Shown here piece by piece: positions 55,983 to 64,000 of a stretch of 64,000 nt of DNA. The first letter of the stretch is position 1. Every line of letters starts with the position of its first letter. Position numbers and translations under genes: made by a program. The notes below the pieces were generated by a model, which worked only from the letters and a program-made list of their open reading frames with translations, was not told the origin of the DNA and did not search any database. Origin of the DNA: Patescibacteria group bacterium (lineage in GTDB: Bacteria; Patescibacteriota; Minisyncoccia; 2-02-FULL-40-12; GWA2-44-9); the NCBI GenBank assembly GCA_038064455.1, contig JBBTTB010000005.1:21983-85982 (forward strand), written 5' to 3'.

Positions 55983-56444
55983 TTACTTACAGATCACTTC
56001 ACAGTTTGGAGAGGTGCTCGCTTGAGGTAGCGCGGTGGCACTGGGTGAAGCGCTTGTGGTGGGTGAAGGTTGCTCTGGCGAAGACGAGCTAAAGCGATCT
56101 AGTAATATCTGCGTTGGAGATCGTTCGGATATGGACTCGCTTAGCGATTGTATAACGGTGTCTGAATTGTTGAATTGTTCCACCGCTTGCTGAAGCGTTG
56201 TGCGTTCTGCGGCGCTTATGTTTTTTGAGTTGAGAAGAAGCGGAGCTTGTTCGGTAAAAAAAGTGCGGAGAGCTTCTTGGTGTGGCGTAAGGTTCTCTAT
56301 GAGTATCTCGTTCTGTGTTTTTGGGATAATGGCTTCTATAAGCTGGCTTCGCAGTGAAGAGATCTGATCAGGAAAAGGAAGCTGTCCTAATGAAAGCGAG
56401 AAGATCCCCACAAGGGCTCCTACGAGGAGGATGAGATATATCAT
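55983..56444 (-). CDS. membrane-anchored Ser/Pro-rich hypothetical protein
   Basis: 153 aa with an N-terminal TM. It overlaps the upstream gene by 4 nt (operon). Confidence 0.4.
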   Translation of the reverse strand: MIYLILLVGALVGIFSLSLGQLPFPDQISSLRSQLIEAIIPKTQNEILIENLTPHQEALRTFFTEQAPLLLNSKNISAAERTTLQQAVEQFNNSDTVIQSLSESISERSPTQILLDRFSSSSPEQPSPTTSASPSATALPQASTSPNCEVICK

Positions 56445-57211
56445 GATCTTGGTGCCGGCGTGGGAAGTGGTGGAAGATTCTGCTGGAAATTTACGAGATC
56501 AGGATTGATTGTGTTTAAGATAGCGTATGCAGCGAGAAGAAAGAGGGCTCCCACAAAGACGTCTTGGATATCACTACGCGCCTTGGTGACTGCGTTCGGA
56601 TTATCCGCGTTCATGAGAATAGTAAATCCACTCTTAACGATTATAAAGAACATAATTGCGCCGAGTAACAATATTGCCCACTCATATACTTGAGCGATCA
56701 TGCCACCAAGCGTTTTGTCCGTGGTGACCGGAGGGGGAGGTGAACCGCTTGGTGACGGTGTCTCGGCTAGCGCGGGCATACTGAAAAGGAGCAGCACAGA
56801 CTCAGAGATTCTTTCGCTTATATTAATTCGTGCCACTGCTTGCAGTGCCATGCTCCCCGTACTTTCATTGTATGCATCTGGCGCAAGAGCTTCCCACATA
56901 TCGCGGGTAAAAGTAAGGTGCGCCGTGGCGCTTTGACCAGTTGCATCAAATGTTGCTTGAAGGGTTGTGGCTTTACGTATACGATCAGCGCCCTTATAGA
57001 TATCCACATACACAATTATATTTGGACACTCACTTGCGGAAATGTTTATGGGCACAGATTGCCCTACTGGTACTGTGCCTGTAACACCCCAACGTATGCC
57101 GGGACTACTGGTGAGGGTACATACGGCGTAAGCTTGCTGGGGCGTGAAAAGAAAAGCGATAGAACTTGCAAAAACTACCAAAAAGACGTGCAGTGTGCGC
57201 ATATACTTCAT
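56441..57211 (-). CDS. secreted protein with C-terminal double-helix hydrophobic hairpin (VirB2/TrbC pilin-like?)
   Basis: Signal peptide, a beta-rich domain, a Pro-rich linker, then two about 20-aa hydrophobic helices separated by NADNPNAVTKARSD. Confidence 0.35.
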   Translation of the reverse strand: MKYMRTLHVFLVVFASSIAFLFTPQQAYAVCTLTSSPGIRWGVTGTVPVGQSVPINISASECPNIIVYVDIYKGADRIRKATTLQATFDATGQSATAHLTFTRDMWEALAPDAYNESTGSMALQAVARINISERISESVLLLFSMPALAETPSPSGSPPPPVTTDKTLGGMIAQVYEWAILLLGAIMFFIIVKSGFTILMNADNPNAVTKARSDIQDVFVGALFLLAAYAILNTINPDLVNFQQNLPPLPTPAPRS

Positions 57212-57293
57212 TATATCCCTTTTTTTGCTTTGTTTTTATTGAAGTGTCTATAAGCTCCGTTGCGATTCTAAGGTCATTCTGTATCATGGGATT

Positions 57294-57776
57294 ATGAAAT
57301 CGCTCGGCATTCTCTTTGTGGTGCTTCTTGGCGTAATGGCTGGTATTTGGTTATGGCCGCAAGATCAGCAATCTGACCCGACGGTTTCATTGAGCGCCTC
57401 TCCTTCAAGTGCGGCATCTCCAAGCGAAGCCCCCTCGACAAGCGCGCTTCCTTTGGCATCAGCGACACCTATACCGAGTATAACGCCAGTAGTAAGTAAA
57501 AATTACACCATTGCCATTCGCGCGTCCGGCGTTGTGCCAAAAGAGCTCGCTATTCGTCCTGGGGATTCTGTAACGTTCGTAAACGAAGAAGTAGAAGGTG
57601 CGTGGCCTGCCTCTGACCCACATCCATCACATACGCTCTGTCCATTTTTTGATGTTAAAAAGCGCATGGCAATCGGGGAATCGTATACAGTTACTTTTCC
57701 CGAAGTAAAAACGTGTTCGTTCCATAGTCACACAAACCCCAGTACTATATTTAAAGGGGTTATTCGTGTGCAATAG
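57294..57776 (+). CDS. cupredoxin-like domain protein, membrane anchored
   Basis: TM, an Ala/Ser/Pro linker, and a beta domain with H...C...H...(M/F) spacing (DPHPSHTLCPFFD, CSFHSH). Confidence 0.35.
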   Translation: MKSLGILFVVLLGVMAGIWLWPQDQQSDPTVSLSASPSSAASPSEAPSTSALPLASATPIPSITPVVSKNYTIAIRASGVVPKELAIRPGDSVTFVNEEVEGAWPASDPHPSHTLCPFFDVKKRMAIGESYTVTFPEVKTCSFHSHTNPSTIFKGVIRVQ

Positions 57777-57782
57777 CATATC

Positions 57783-59102
57783 GTGAAACCATTTTCTTTT
57801 TTCTCTGTTGGCGTGCTCATTATATCCGCGTATGTAGGAGGATTTTTTGTCGAACTAGCACATGCGGCGGTTACTGATGAGATCGCAGAGCGGACCCGTC
57901 AAATCGAGGAGATCCAACGCCAAATTAATGAGCTTCAGGCGCAAGTCGATGCGAATAAAGGTAAGTCGGCGACATTGCAAGGAGAAATTAGTCGTCTCAA
58001 CGGTCAGATTAACCAACTAAACCTTGAGATTCGCAGTCTGAATCTCTCTATTGAGCGCACCACTATTGATATCCGTGGTACTGCGGACAATATCTCCGAA
58101 GCAGAAACAGAGCTTCAGAAACATAAAGGCGCTTTAAGTAAATATGTGCAATACGCATATGAGCTTGACCGTTTTTCACTCACTGAAGTGCTTTTGAATA
58201 ATGATACACTCTCTGATTTCTTTAACGACCTTAATAATGTACAAACAACGCAAGATAGTCTAAAGTCAGCCATCGTAAGTATTCGCGAGTTAAAAATTGG
58301 TCTTGAAGAAAAGAAGATGTCGCTTGAAGAAAAGAAAGAAGAGCTTGAGCGTCTCAAGAGTATCCAAGAAATAGAAAAGCGGATGATTGATACGACGAAG
58401 GCTCAAAAAGATCGTGTGCTACGTGAAACCAAGGGGCAAGAATCAAAATATCAAGAGCTGGTAAAGCAGAAAAAACTTGATCTTGAACGGATCCGTGATC
58501 AGATCACGTACCTGCAGCAAAACGGTGTAAGCGCAGAAGATGCAGTGAAGTTTGGACAATTGGCGGCGCGTCGGGCTGGTGTTCGTCCCGCATATCTTAT
58601 TGCAGTGCTAGAGGTAGAATCAGGTCTTGGGCGCAATGTGGGGCGCTGTAATCGCGCCGATGATCCTCCATCGAAGAAGTGGGATGTCATTATGCATACG
58701 CGAGACCATAAGCCATTCATTGTAGTTACAGAACAGCTGGGACTTGACCGTAATAGTACTCCTGTCTCTTGCCCCCAAATCGTGAACGGTAGACAACTCG
58801 GATGGGGCGGCGCAATGGGCCCCGCGCAGTTCATTCCCTCTACATGGGTTTCATATGCGGAGGAAGTTGCTCGTCTTGTAGGTCGATCTCCGGCGAACCC
58901 GTGGAATATTGAAGATGCATTTATGGCGGCAGCAATTAAGCTGGCTCGCGGCGGAGCATCCGCGCAAACAAGAGCGAGTGAAATCGCGGCATCGAAGGCA
59001 TACTATAGCGGCAACTCAAAATGTTCCTCGAGCTCATGTAACTCATACGCAAACGCTATCCAAAAGAAAGCTGCTACCATCGAAGAGAACTTGGGGGAAT
59101 AA
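57783..59102 (+). CDS. coiled-coil + lytic transglycosylase (GH23/SLT-like) domain protein
   Basis: Long N-terminal coiled-coil, then LIAVLEVESGLG (catalytic ES) and GGAMGPAQFIPSTW (GLMQ-type motif). Confidence 0.5.
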   Translation: MKPFSFFSVGVLIISAYVGGFFVELAHAAVTDEIAERTRQIEEIQRQINELQAQVDANKGKSATLQGEISRLNGQINQLNLEIRSLNLSIERTTIDIRGTADNISEAETELQKHKGALSKYVQYAYELDRFSLTEVLLNNDTLSDFFNDLNNVQTTQDSLKSAIVSIRELKIGLEEKKMSLEEKKEELERLKSIQEIEKRMIDTTKAQKDRVLRETKGQESKYQELVKQKKLDLERIRDQITYLQQNGVSAEDAVKFGQLAARRAGVRPAYLIAVLEVESGLGRNVGRCNRADDPPSKKWDVIMHTRDHKPFIVVTEQLGLDRNSTPVSCPQIVNGRQLGWGGAMGPAQFIPSTWVSYAEEVARLVGRSPANPWNIEDAFMAAAIKLARGGASAQTRASEIAASKAYYSGNSKCSSSSCNSYANAIQKKAATIEENLGE

Positions 59103-59105
59103 TCT

Positions 59106-60380
59106 ATGCGACGATTTTTTACTATTGCCGCCGCGAGCACGGTGCTTGGCCTCTGTGCGATTATCTGGTTCTTACAGAAGCCAGATGCACTTGGCGTCCG
59201 TTCATTTGATATTCAAAGCGCCCTTGCGTTTGATCGTGTTTTCTCTCCAACATATCCAATTGATGAGGCCAATATGCGAGCACTTCTCGCTCTGGCGGAG
59301 GAGCTTCTCAACGACGCACCTATTTCAGTTGGAGAGCTACCGCTTACGTATGCGGAGCAACGCATTGTTAATAATGGGGGCGGACCGGCTGTAGTGAATA
59401 AAGAATTTACAGACGTAGAACGCCAACTCGCGCTGGCGGTGCTTGATATAAAAAGCGGCGAGGTATCAATTGTTCCAGTCATAAAGCGCGGCGCCGATAT
59501 AGTTGTTCCCGACGGGTATCGCATCAGTATTGCGCCACGTGTAAATGGTATCGCATGGAATTATTGGGCAACACAATTTGTCATTGAAGAACCAAAGCAT
59601 CGCGTGGTCATTATGACAAAATTTCCGCTCTCCGAGACGGTGCGCGTTGGGCGCGCCACAGAAACACGAATTGAACCAATTCTGTATACCGCATACACAG
59701 AAGAATTAAATGATCGCCCGTTTATTGAAACAGGCGCTCGTTACGTTGCTGATATTGTTGCAAAGGCGCGTGAGGATCTGCGCGCGCAAGGAGTGCAATC
59801 ACGTGCCATTCCTGGAAAGCTTATTGTTGATGTACTGCCCGCAGATATATTTCAACGCATCCCATTTTTAGAGCAGGGCGACTTACTTGAAGTCCTTGTT
59901 GATGCGGAATATGTTGCGCGGCGCGTGCTTGGAACACTTGGTTATAATGGTGCGCGTGCATTTGCGAATACAGAAAGTTCTGTTGGTGCGCGTGGGTGGC
60001 TACAGTTTACTGACAACGCAATCCGCACACAACCTGGAACATACTCACAATTGCGCCGACTATACCCGAAAGCGTTATTAGAATCCGACTTTAAAAAAGG
60101 AGCGTCGGATCATCTTAATAGCATGAAGGCTGCGATACTTCTCCACGATGAGAATCTTGCCTACTTTATGCGAAATCTTGGAGAGCAGATCGCGTCCGAC
60201 GCTCGGCTTGAAGAGTATCTTGCCGCCGCATATAATGGTCCTCCTGCGCGTGCGTTAAATGCTCTACGTGAGGTTGGGGCGGGACAGGATTGGATTGCTG
60301 AACTAGCCCCAGAAACACAAGGATTCATTACTAAATTACGCATTTGGAAGCAGTACGGAGTGCCTGAAAAATATCTCTAA
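59106..60380 (+). CDS. secreted hypothetical protein with possible SLT-like motif
   Basis: N-terminal TM/signal. NTESSVGARGWLQFTDNA resembles the ES...GxxGLMQ motif. Confidence 0.35.
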   Translation: MRRFFTIAAASTVLGLCAIIWFLQKPDALGVRSFDIQSALAFDRVFSPTYPIDEANMRALLALAEELLNDAPISVGELPLTYAEQRIVNNGGGPAVVNKEFTDVERQLALAVLDIKSGEVSIVPVIKRGADIVVPDGYRISIAPRVNGIAWNYWATQFVIEEPKHRVVIMTKFPLSETVRVGRATETRIEPILYTAYTEELNDRPFIETGARYVADIVAKAREDLRAQGVQSRAIPGKLIVDVLPADIFQRIPFLEQGDLLEVLVDAEYVARRVLGTLGYNGARAFANTESSVGARGWLQFTDNAIRTQPGTYSQLRRLYPKALLESDFKKGASDHLNSMKAAILLHDENLAYFMRNLGEQIASDARLEEYLAAAYNGPPARALNALREVGAGQDWIAELAPETQGFITKLRIWKQYGVPEKYL

Positions 60381-60390
60381 CGATATAACG

Positions 60391-60417
60391 AAAAATCCCC
60401 CGAAGTGGGGGATTTTT
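60391..60417. terminator. bidirectional intrinsic terminator
   Basis: AAAAATCCCCC-gaagt-GGGGGATTTTT. Confidence 0.65.
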
Positions 60418-60427
60418 CGCAAGGCCA

Positions 60428-60490
60428 TTAGAGGCGCTTCTTCTTGGCGCCGCCCTTTTTCTTTGCTGCTTTTTTCTTTTTTGCTGCCAT
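60428..60490 (-). CDS. 20-aa lysine-rich micro-ORF MAAKKKKAAKKKGGAKKKRL (speculative)
   Basis: ATG to TAA on the minus strand, ending at the bidirectional terminator. There is no obvious SD. Confidence 0.15.
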   Translation of the reverse strand: MAAKKKKAAKKKGGAKKKRL

Positions 60491-60743
60491 ATGAATCGTT
60501 TAGTAGTCAGAGATCAAATGTGTGGATGTAAGATTCACAACACTTCATCTCATCCCTCCTTCTAGAGTACTAATGTGCGACACCGACCGTACAATTTCTG
60601 CACCGTACATGCCACACGTTCTACGTTGCAACGTACTCTTACATATAATTATACGCGTCGTGCGCATTCATGATAAAAAAATAGTGGATAACTTCACAGA
60701 AAAAACATTCGACAAAAAATATTTTGTTTTGTACGATGCGCGC

Positions 60744-61037
60744 ATGCCGGAACCAGAAAAAAGTTTTGAAACAAAGCAAGAAACATGGCACGCAAGTCGT
60801 GTGCAGCGAATCGAATTCGAGGGCGGCTCGTATAAGCTCATCGTGGGCGTGCGAAGTTCGGTAGGGGATCTGCGTGTTGTCCAAGTGTTTTATGATGCAA
60901 CCGGTAAAAAAGAAGAAAGAACGGTCATATCACATGAGAAAGACAAGCGCGATCTTTCATTACAAGAGCAACACGAGATCATCCGCGTTGCGATGGGCTT
61001 TCTCAACGCACATCCCGAAGCTGGCCACGCCGCCTAA
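60744..61037 (+). CDS. hypothetical protein (start uncertain; ORF open from 60522)
   Basis: AT-rich upstream region. The ATG at 60744 begins MPEPEKSFETKQETWHASRVQRIEFEGG. Confidence 0.35.
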   Translation: MPEPEKSFETKQETWHASRVQRIEFEGGSYKLIVGVRSSVGDLRVVQVFYDATGKKEERTVISHEKDKRDLSLQEQHEIIRVAMGFLNAHPEAGHAA

Positions 61038-61086
61038 CAGCTCTTCCTGAAGCGCTCGCACCACGGTGTGCGGGCGCTTTTCTTTA

Positions 61087-61305
61087 TTATGTGATGTCTA
61101 TAATTTTTGTACGAGCAGCATGTCCCGCGATAATAGAAATCCGAGAGGGCGCTGTGTGGAAATGGTTCGCAAGAGCTTTGCGAACCGCCTCGTTTGCATT
61201 TCCTTTTTCAGGATGCTCATGTACCGCGACGCGGTAGGTGCCATCTTCAAGAGTGGTGATACTCGCACGCGACGCTCCTGTTTGTACGCGAACGGTGATG
61301 CGCAT
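61087..61305 (-). CDS. DUF167/YggU-family protein
   Basis: 72 aa; ITVRVQTGASRASI...EHPEKGNANEAVRKALANHF...ISIIAGHAARTKII matches UPF0235. Confidence 0.65.
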   Translation of the reverse strand: MRITVRVQTGASRASITTLEDGTYRVAVHEHPEKGNANEAVRKALANHFHTAPSRISIIAGHAARTKIIDIT

Positions 61306-61306
61306 A

Positions 61307-63202
61307 TTATTTATGCTTCATTTCGTATACGCCATTCCATGTTTCAGGTGGATGCTCTTTAAAATAAGCGATCCGTTCTGCAAGAAGCTGTGTGGGGCCA
61401 TCGTGTGGCGCGCGCGAGAGAGCGCGTTGTGCGTATAGAGAGGCACGATCCCATGCGCCTTGTGCGTATGCATTACGTAGCTCAATAAAGTCTGCCGCAA
61501 TAGACTCCCACAAGCTCACGCGTCCAGAAGGGATTACTTCATAAATAGTAACACCCTCCGTTTTTCCTTTCACTTGCACGCAATCAATGTTGCGCATGGG
61601 TATGTGTGTAGCTTCGTTTCCGAGGGCGAGTTTAGTTTTTTCAGTAATGAGTATGCGTACCCCATACATCTTTGTAAGGCTTTCAAGTCGTGAGGCGAGA
61701 TTCACCGCATCTCCCATGACCGTGTAGTCGAAGCGCTGCTCCGAACCCATATTTCCGACGGTAACATCTCCTGTGTTAATACCAATGCCAATATCAATAT
61801 GTGGATCGCCACGCGTCTCACTTTCTGTGTTGAATACGTCGAGCGCTGTCGTCATCTCGAGCGCAGATATCACAGCGTCATGTGCGTGTGTTTGTGAAGG
61901 AAGGGGAGCGCCCCAGAATGCCATAATTGCGTCGCCAATATATTTATCAATCACTCCGCGACGCCCTAAAATGATAGTGGTCATACGCGTGAGGTAGCGG
62001 TTCAGAAATGCGGTCAACTGTTCTGGAGTGAGTGTTTCTGAAAGAGTAGTAAATCCACGTACGTCAGAAAAAAGAATAGAAAGCGTTGCGCGAGATCCGC
62101 CTAAGCGTAGCATGCTCGGGTTTTGTACAATTTGTTGGATGACGGCAGGTGCAAGATATCGCGAAAAGCTTTCTTGAATGAATTTCTTTTCCTGGTGTGT
62201 CGCGCGATAACGCATAATAACTCCATAACTTGCGCCTCCAATAAGCGCGACGACCGGATAGAGTATGGGAAGCGTTATTGCACGGGACATGAGGAACGAT
62301 GCTACGCCCACATATGCAAATGTGGTGCCGGCAATGCTTGGGATGCTGATGTGCATGGGCGAATAGCGCATGACAAGAGATCCTATGCAGTACCCTACGA
62401 TGATAAAGATGGGAACCCAATCACCAACGCTTCGCTCATGAGTATTATTGAGGAATTGTTCAATGGCATGCGCCTGTATGGTGACGCCACTCATCACCCC
62501 AAATGGTGTTGAGTGAGTGTCTTGAAGATCTGCGGCAGTGGCGCCGATGAGTACAATATTATTCGTGAATAGCGACGTATCCACAACGCCCTCAAGCACA
62601 TCAATAGCGCGCACATGGGGGAACGATTGCTCGCCACCAGCAAAGAAAATGCGGCGCAAGTCTTGCGTGTGGCGTGGGAGTGGTGCACCAGCAAGTCGCG
62701 CAACGAGTGCGCTAAAACTTTCTGTCTCGCCTCGATACATGCGCACGCGTCGTGCGACGCCGTCTGCATCAACCGCAATGTTTGCAAACCCTTTCTCTGC
62801 GCGAGCTACTGCTGAAATGAGCGGTGCAAGAGCCCCTTCTCGTGTTACATCACTTGTCACTACAATAGAAGCAGATGTGCGAGCTATCGCTTGTGCCAGC
62901 ATCGCATCATCGTGCGCGCCAAGGCGCGACGGTTCTTTAAAATTTACATCTATACCAATAATATCCGCGGCACCAATGCGCTGAATGAGCTGTGCAAATG
63001 AGGCTCGTGGCCATGGCCACTGTCCGTGAGCGCGAAGACTTGCGTCATCAATGTCAACAATAACAATACGATCGCGCACGAGACGTGTTTGAAGGAGTGC
63101 GTCTTGGAGGCGCGCATCCCAGAGGGTGCCAAGATCAATAAACCATGCGCCGAGCGTGATGGCGATAAGAGCAATAAGGCCAAGGATAAAACGCGCGATC
63201 AT
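61307..63202 (-). CDS. CHASE2 sensor domain-containing class III adenylate/guanylate cyclase
   Basis: N-terminal TM plus a CHASE2-like periplasmic region and 3 TM helices. The cyclase core has ILFSDVRGFTTLSE and KYIGDAIMAFWGAP. Confidence 0.75.
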   Translation of the reverse strand: MIARFILGLIALIAITLGAWFIDLGTLWDARLQDALLQTRLVRDRIVIVDIDDASLRAHGQWPWPRASFAQLIQRIGAADIIGIDVNFKEPSRLGAHDDAMLAQAIARTSASIVVTSDVTREGALAPLISAVARAEKGFANIAVDADGVARRVRMYRGETESFSALVARLAGAPLPRHTQDLRRIFFAGGEQSFPHVRAIDVLEGVVDTSLFTNNIVLIGATAADLQDTHSTPFGVMSGVTIQAHAIEQFLNNTHERSVGDWVPIFIIVGYCIGSLVMRYSPMHISIPSIAGTTFAYVGVASFLMSRAITLPILYPVVALIGGASYGVIMRYRATHQEKKFIQESFSRYLAPAVIQQIVQNPSMLRLGGSRATLSILFSDVRGFTTLSETLTPEQLTAFLNRYLTRMTTIILGRRGVIDKYIGDAIMAFWGAPLPSQTHAHDAVISALEMTTALDVFNTESETRGDPHIDIGIGINTGDVTVGNMGSEQRFDYTVMGDAVNLASRLESLTKMYGVRILITEKTKLALGNEATHIPMRNIDCVQVKGKTEGVTIYEVIPSGRVSLWESIAADFIELRNAYAQGAWDRASLYAQRALSRAPHDGPTQLLAERIAYFKEHPPETWNGVYEMKHK

Positions 63203-63208
63203 GGAGTG

Positions 63209-64000
63209 TTAGTTGAGTGGTGAGATGGTTAACGCATCGGGGAGCTGGGCTTTCAAGCCGTTTTTTGCCCGTACAAAAACGGTGTATGTTCCTGGGGCAA
63301 GCTCTGGCGTTGTCACAAAGAGCGTGAATGAATCGATGGTGCTAAATGGTACTCCTGCTGACCCAACCATTACTTCAGCGATTGCCGGAAGATTTCTCCC
63401 TTCAACAAACCGTTCACCGTTTAAAGCGAACTGTTCGCCCGGGCGCACTATTTTGGGCAACACCGAGCGAAGTAGTGGAGGAAGGGGCTCTGGCGTATTG
63501 GATACCACAAGAGTTGGTGAGCTTGTTGGCGTACTCGAAGACAATGGCGTTGTAAGGGGCGTTGCAAGCGGACTCGGTTTTATGAGCGGCGATGGTGATA
63601 TAAGCAAGCTTGGGCGCGGAGATGCAGACGGTAATCGTGTCGCAGGAAGACGCGATGGCAACGGGCTTTGAATTCGCTGTATGATGCGTTGCATAATCGG
63701 ACGATCCTGCATTTTTGCTTTGAATACAGGGTCATCGATGCGTTTTTCAATGGCGTCGCGGATAAACGTTCTTAGTTGAGCATTCTCTGGGTTTTTAATG
63801 TCATCTGGCTCAATATCGAGAAGCATGTTCTGCACAAACGGTTTTTTGAAATCATCTGACGCGAGCATGCGCTTTACCAATTTTTGTTTTGGATTTGGTA
63901 GTGATGTGGCATCAACATTAATAGTCTCACCTGGCTCTACATCGGTGTCGGTTCCGTCAATATCTTTTTGTGTTGCAGGGTCGCGTGCTTTTGTTTTTAC
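63209..64000 (-). CDS. hypothetical protein with Pro/Ser/Thr-rich linker and C-terminal Ig-like domain; 5' end beyond window
   Basis: The reading frame stays open upstream of the listed start to the window edge at 64000. Confidence 0.45.
   Translation of the reverse strand, partial: VKTKARDPATQKDIDGTDTDVEPGETINVDATSLPNPKQKLVKRMLASDDFKKPFVQNMLLDIEPDDIKNPENAQLRTFIRDAIEKRIDDPVFKAKMQDRPIMQRIIQRIQSPLPSRLPATRLPSASPRPSLLISPSPLIKPSPLATPLTTPLSSSTPTSSPTLVVSNTPEPLPPLLRSVLPKIVRPGEQFALNGERFVEGRNLPAIAEVMVGSAGVPFSTIDSFTLFVTTPELAPGTYTVFVRAKNGLKAQLPDALTISPLN

Overview
This is a 64-kb window from a compact bacterial chromosome, about 55% GC, tightly packed and mostly on the + strand. The gene content looks like a reduced genome of the Patescibacteria/CPR type, but that is an inference from gene content only. 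No rRNA, CRISPR array, transposase or integrase was found. Every product call is from motif reading by eye; no homology search was run.

The first 21 kb is a housekeeping core. It holds a murG 3' fragment, holB, frr, rseP, proS, the mreB-mreC-mreD-PBP2 rod-shape cluster, greA, lysS, serS and an ftsQ-like gene. The core then has a candidate ~0.5-kb structured ncRNA. After it come a divergent GT-C (ArnT/PMT-like) glycosyltransferase, a VirD4/TraG-like coupling ATPase translationally coupled to a GtrA-like membrane protein, dnaX and an MFS transporter.

A tRNA-Gln(UUG) at 21806..21879 is followed by about 15 kb of compositionally mosaic accessory DNA, roughly 21.9 to 37.3 kb. Low-GC and high-GC patches alternate there, and most genes are hypothetical. 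Notable items in that region:
- a translationally coupled three-gene module with a ParB/Srx-like nuclease-domain protein and a DUF2975-like membrane protein;
- an unlisted 33-aa cysteine-rich micro-ORF with a strong SD and a perfect terminator;
- a GC-rich cassette carrying a duplicated 31-bp promoter-like box;
- an HTH + Doc (Fic-fold) toxin-antitoxin-like pair downstream of GGTTAAC repeats;
- CapA-family, YcaQ-like, SPFH/band-7 and HExxH proteins.

The rest returns to core-like genes. These include dut, an MFS transporter, pyrD, an ABC-F ATPase with a structured leader, an LRR protein, a GIY-YIG protein, a DEAD-box helicase, obg, an M16 peptidase and msrB. There is also an envelope and redox neighbourhood with two DsbA-like proteins, a SAM methyltransferase, a C39-like peptidase, a cupredoxin-like protein, two SLT-like proteins and a VirB2/TrbC-like candidate. 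The window ends with a DUF167 protein and a CHASE2-adenylate cyclase.
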